The translations under genes were made by a program, and so were the position numbers. A stretch of 28,347 nt of DNA. Origin: Candidatus Methylomirabilia bacterium (GTDB lineage: Bacteria; Methylomirabilota; Methylomirabilia; Rokubacteriales; CSP1-6). The stretch covers positions 1 to 28,347 of the forward strand of contig JBGQHJ010000055.1 of the NCBI GenBank assembly GCA_041497895.1, written 5' to 3'. Positions within the stretch are counted from its first letter, which is position 1. Every line of letters starts with the position of its first letter. The notes under the pieces are model-generated. The model did not search any database, was not told the origin of the DNA, and saw nothing but the letters and a program-made list of their open reading frames with translations. Shown here in pieces: positions 25,882 through 28,347 of the stretch.

Positions 25882-26796
25882 CTATGATGAGGCAGTCTTG
25901 GGATCGAGGACGTCCCGGAGGCCGTCGCCCAGCAGATTGAGCCCCAGCACGGTCAGCGCGATCGCTCCACCCGGGAAGATCGCGTACCACGGATTGAGGC
26001 CGAGGAAGGCCTGGGCCTCCTTGAGCATGAGCCCCCAGGACGGGTTGGGCGGCTGGGTGCCGAGGCCGAGATAGGAGAGCCCGGCCTCGGCGAGGATCGC
26101 CACCGGAAAGCTGATCGTGGCCTGCACGATCAGCGGAGGCAGCGTGTTGGGCAGGATGTGCCGCCCGATCAGGGCGCGGTCGCCGGCCCCGAGGGCGCGC
26201 GCGGCCACCACGAAGTCCCGGTCCCGGAACTCGAGAAAGCTCGCCCGGGTCAACCGGGCGAAGACCGGCAGGAAGGCGATGCCGATCGCGACCATCGAGA
26301 TCGTCAGAGTAGGCTTGAACACCGCGGTGAGCAGGAGCGCGGAGAGGATGGCGGGGAAACCCTGGATCGCGTCCACCAGTCGCATGAAGACCTCGTCGAG
26401 CCAGCCCCCGAAGTAGCCGGACAGGACGCCGAAGGCCACTCCGATCAGCATGCCGATCCCGACCGCGATCACGCCGACCAGGATCGAGGTGATGGCGCCC
26501 TGCATGACGCGGGAGAGCAGGTCCCGGCCGAACTGATCGGTGCCGAGGGGATGGGCGGCGGACGGGCCCTGGAGGCGTCCGGCGATGGACATCTCGAGCG
26601 GGTCGCGCGGCGTGTAGACCACGCTCACCGCCGCGGTGGCGAGGAGGGCCAGCGTGATCGCGAGGCCGATCATGAAGGTTACGTGACGCAGGGCGCGCGG
26701 CGGCCGGCGGGGCCCCTCACCTCTGGGCCCCTCATCTCTGGGCCCCTCACCCTGCCCTCTCCCCGGAGGGGAGAGGGAGCTCGTGGGGTCAGCCAT
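25882..26796 (-). CDS. Peptide/nickel ABC transporter permease (DppC/OppC-like)
   Basis: HPLGTDQFGRDLLSR, DEVFMRLVD, DFVVAARALGA...RHILPN (EAA loop), EAGLSYLGLG.QPP.PSWG, NLLGDGLRD.LDP. ATG overlaps the upstream stop (ATGGCTGA). Confidence 0.95.
   Translation of the reverse strand: MADPTSSLSPPGRGQGEGPRDEGPRGEGPRRPPRALRHVTFMIGLAITLALLATAAVSVVYTPRDPLEMSIAGRLQGPSAAHPLGTDQFGRDLLSRVMQGAITSILVGVIAVGIGMLIGVAFGVLSGYFGGWLDEVFMRLVDAIQGFPAILSALLLTAVFKPTLTISMVAIGIAFLPVFARLTRASFLEFRDRDFVVAARALGAGDRALIGRHILPNTLPPLIVQATISFPVAILAEAGLSYLGLGTQPPNPSWGLMLKEAQAFLGLNPWYAIFPGGAIALTVLGLNLLGDGLRDVLDPKTASS
26710..26777. repeat. REP-like palindromic element with three 15-bp tandem units, inside the permease CDS
   Basis: GGGCCCCTCA(C/T)CTCT x2 plus GGGCCCCTCACCCTG (26710-26754), then hairpin CCCTCTCCCC-GGA-GGGGAGAGGG (26755-26777). 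Confidence 0.8.
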
Positions 26797-27733
26797 AGCG
26801 GATGCGCGGGTCGAGGATGCCGTAGAGGATGTCCACCGCCGCGTTCACGGTGACGATCATCGAGGCCACGAAGAGCACGACGCCCTGCACCACCGGCAGG
26901 TCGCGCGCGCTGATGGCGGCGAGGGTGAGCCGGCCCAGGCCCGGGAGGTAGAAGACCGATTCCAGGATGATGCTGCCGGCGAGGAGCTGGCCGAGCTGGA
27001 TGCCGGCGACGGTCACGATGGGGATGAGCGCGTTGCGGAGCGCGTGGCGGAAGAGCACCACCCGCTCGGCCACGCCCTTGGCGCGCGCGGTCTTCACGTA
27101 CTCCTCGCGGAGCACCTCGAGCACCGCCGAGCGGGTGGTACGCGCCAGGACCGCGAACTGGAAGAGGCCGAGGGCCACCGCGGGCAGCAGCAGCGAGCGC
27201 AGGCCGCGCCAGATCCCCTCGCCCCAGCCGTCGAACCCACCGGCCTGCACCCACCCGAGCCGCACCGAGAAGAGCAGGATCAGCAGCAGCCCGGCCCAGA
27301 ATCCCGGCACCGCGACGCCGAGCTGGGAGAGGGTCATGGCCAGGTAGTCGCCCCAGCGGCGATGCCGGGTGGCCGCGAAGACCCCGAGGGGGATCGCGGC
27401 CGCGACCATCAGCCCCGCCGCCAGCAGCGTGAGCGGCAGGGTCACGCTCAGGCGCGAGAGGATGAGGGTGCCCACCGGCAGGTCGTACTGGATCGACCGC
27501 CCGAGGTCGCCCCGGAGGGCCTGGCCGACCCACCGCGCGTACTGCACCGGGATCGGCCGGTCGAGCCCGAGGGCCTGCCGGACCCGCGCCACCGAGTCGG
27601 GACTGGCCTCGAGGCCCAGGATGATGAGGGCGGGATCGCCGGGCAGCACCCGGACCACCACGAACACGAGCAGCGAGACGAAGAAGAGGGTGACGGCGAG
27701 GGCGCCGACGCGGCGGAAAACGTACCGCTGCAA
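26789..27733 (-). CDS. Peptide/nickel ABC transporter permease (DppB/OppB-like)
   Basis: LPGDPA, LGLDRP..VQY, GDLGRS, EEYVKTARAKG...RHALRNALIP, ESVFYLPGLG, RDLPVVQG, LDPRIR. TTG start directly follows the upstream TAG. Confidence 0.95.
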   Translation of the reverse strand: MQRYVFRRVGALAVTLFFVSLLVFVVVRVLPGDPALIILGLEASPDSVARVRQALGLDRPIPVQYARWVGQALRGDLGRSIQYDLPVGTLILSRLSVTLPLTLLAAGLMVAAAIPLGVFAATRHRRWGDYLAMTLSQLGVAVPGFWAGLLLILLFSVRLGWVQAGGFDGWGEGIWRGLRSLLLPAVALGLFQFAVLARTTRSAVLEVLREEYVKTARAKGVAERVVLFRHALRNALIPIVTVAGIQLGQLLAGSIILESVFYLPGLGRLTLAAISARDLPVVQGVVLFVASMIVTVNAAVDILYGILDPRIRYG

Positions 27734-28347
27734 CTACTTCTGCCAGGCCACCTCGGAGAGGTCCAGGACCGGCGCCGGCTGGTCCTTCCACAGGCCGATC
27801 ACTCCCTTCTTGGCGATCACGAGCCTGGGGTGCATGTAAAGCCACACCGCGGGCGCCTCGTCGGCCAGCATCTCCTGCATCTTGACGTAGAGCGCGCGCC
27901 GGCCCTTGTCGTCCACCGTCACCTGCGAGTCCTGGTAGAGCTTCTGGAACTCGGGGCTGTCCCAGCGGAAGTAGTACTTGGGGTTGGCGAAGTTGCCGAT
28001 GTCCCAGGCCTCCGCGTGCCCGATGATCGACATGTCGTAGTCCGGGGTCTGGCAGGGGGCCAGGCAGAACACCTGGGAGAGCCACTGGCCCCACTCGATC
28101 TGCTGGATGGTGGCGCGGATCCCGACCTTGGCGAGCTGGCTCGCCACGACCTCGGCGGAGCGCACCGTGTAGTAGTACTGCGGGGCGACCTTGAAGACCG
28201 CGTCGAAGCCGTTCGGATACCCGGCCTCGGCCAGGAGCTGCTTGGCCTTCGCGGGGTCGTAGCCCACCCGCTTGGAGACGTCCACGAAGTAGGGGTTGGT
28301 CGGATCCACGTTCGAGCCGAGGACCTTCCCGTAGCCGAACATCGCCC
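27734..28347 (-). CDS. ABC transporter substrate-binding protein family 5 (DppA/OppA-like), 5' end truncated
   Basis: YDPAKAKQLLAEAGYPNGF, AEVVASQLAKVGI, RRALYVKMQEMLADEAP. The frame runs off the right edge. Confidence 0.92.
   Translation of the reverse strand, partial: AMFGYGKVLGSNVDPTNPYFVDVSKRVGYDPAKAKQLLAEAGYPNGFDAVFKVAPQYYYTVRSAEVVASQLAKVGIRATIQQIEWGQWLSQVFCLAPCQTPDYDMSIIGHAEAWDIGNFANPKYYFRWDSPEFQKLYQDSQVTVDDKGRRALYVKMQEMLADEAPAVWLYMHPRLVIAKKGVIGLWKDQPAPVLDLSEVAWQK

Noticed and set aside
26710..26777. CRISPR array or intrinsic terminator
   Set aside because: Units are 15 bp and directly adjacent with no spacers or cas genes; the hairpin has no U-tract and lies within an operon.

Overview
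Very GC-rich (roughly 70-75% by eye) bacterial chromosomal segment. The host is not determinable here; the style is compatible with Rokubacteria/Methylomirabilota-like lineages, but that is inference only. About 25 kb (1-24,900) is a surface-glycan locus built around a legionaminic-acid-type nonulosonic acid (NulO) pathway. It encodes a CBS-nucleotidyltransferase, LegC aminotransferase, NeuD/PglD-type N-acetyltransferase, hydrolysing NeuC, NeuB synthase and two CMP-NulO synthetases. Tailoring genes are a HisF/HisH/WbuX acetamidino trio, a Gfo/Idh/MocA oxidoreductase, two SAM methyltransferases and a UDP-sugar dehydrogenase + SDR pair. Also present are a Wzx-like flippase, two orphan GT-B-like proteins and a wHTH+Rossmann regulator with a candidate operator. 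The locus is split into five alternating-orientation blocks. The rightmost minus-strand block adds an extracytoplasmic modification module: MBOAT, SGNH partner, YfhO-like GT-C, secreted Vgb-like beta-propeller and GtrB-like GT2. The right end holds a fatty-acid desaturase and part of a Dpp/Opp-type ABC operon, whose second permease carries a REP-like palindrome translated in frame. No rRNA, tRNA, CRISPR or transposase was seen. Several starts were corrected from the ORF track using stop/start overlaps and RBS or promoter positions.
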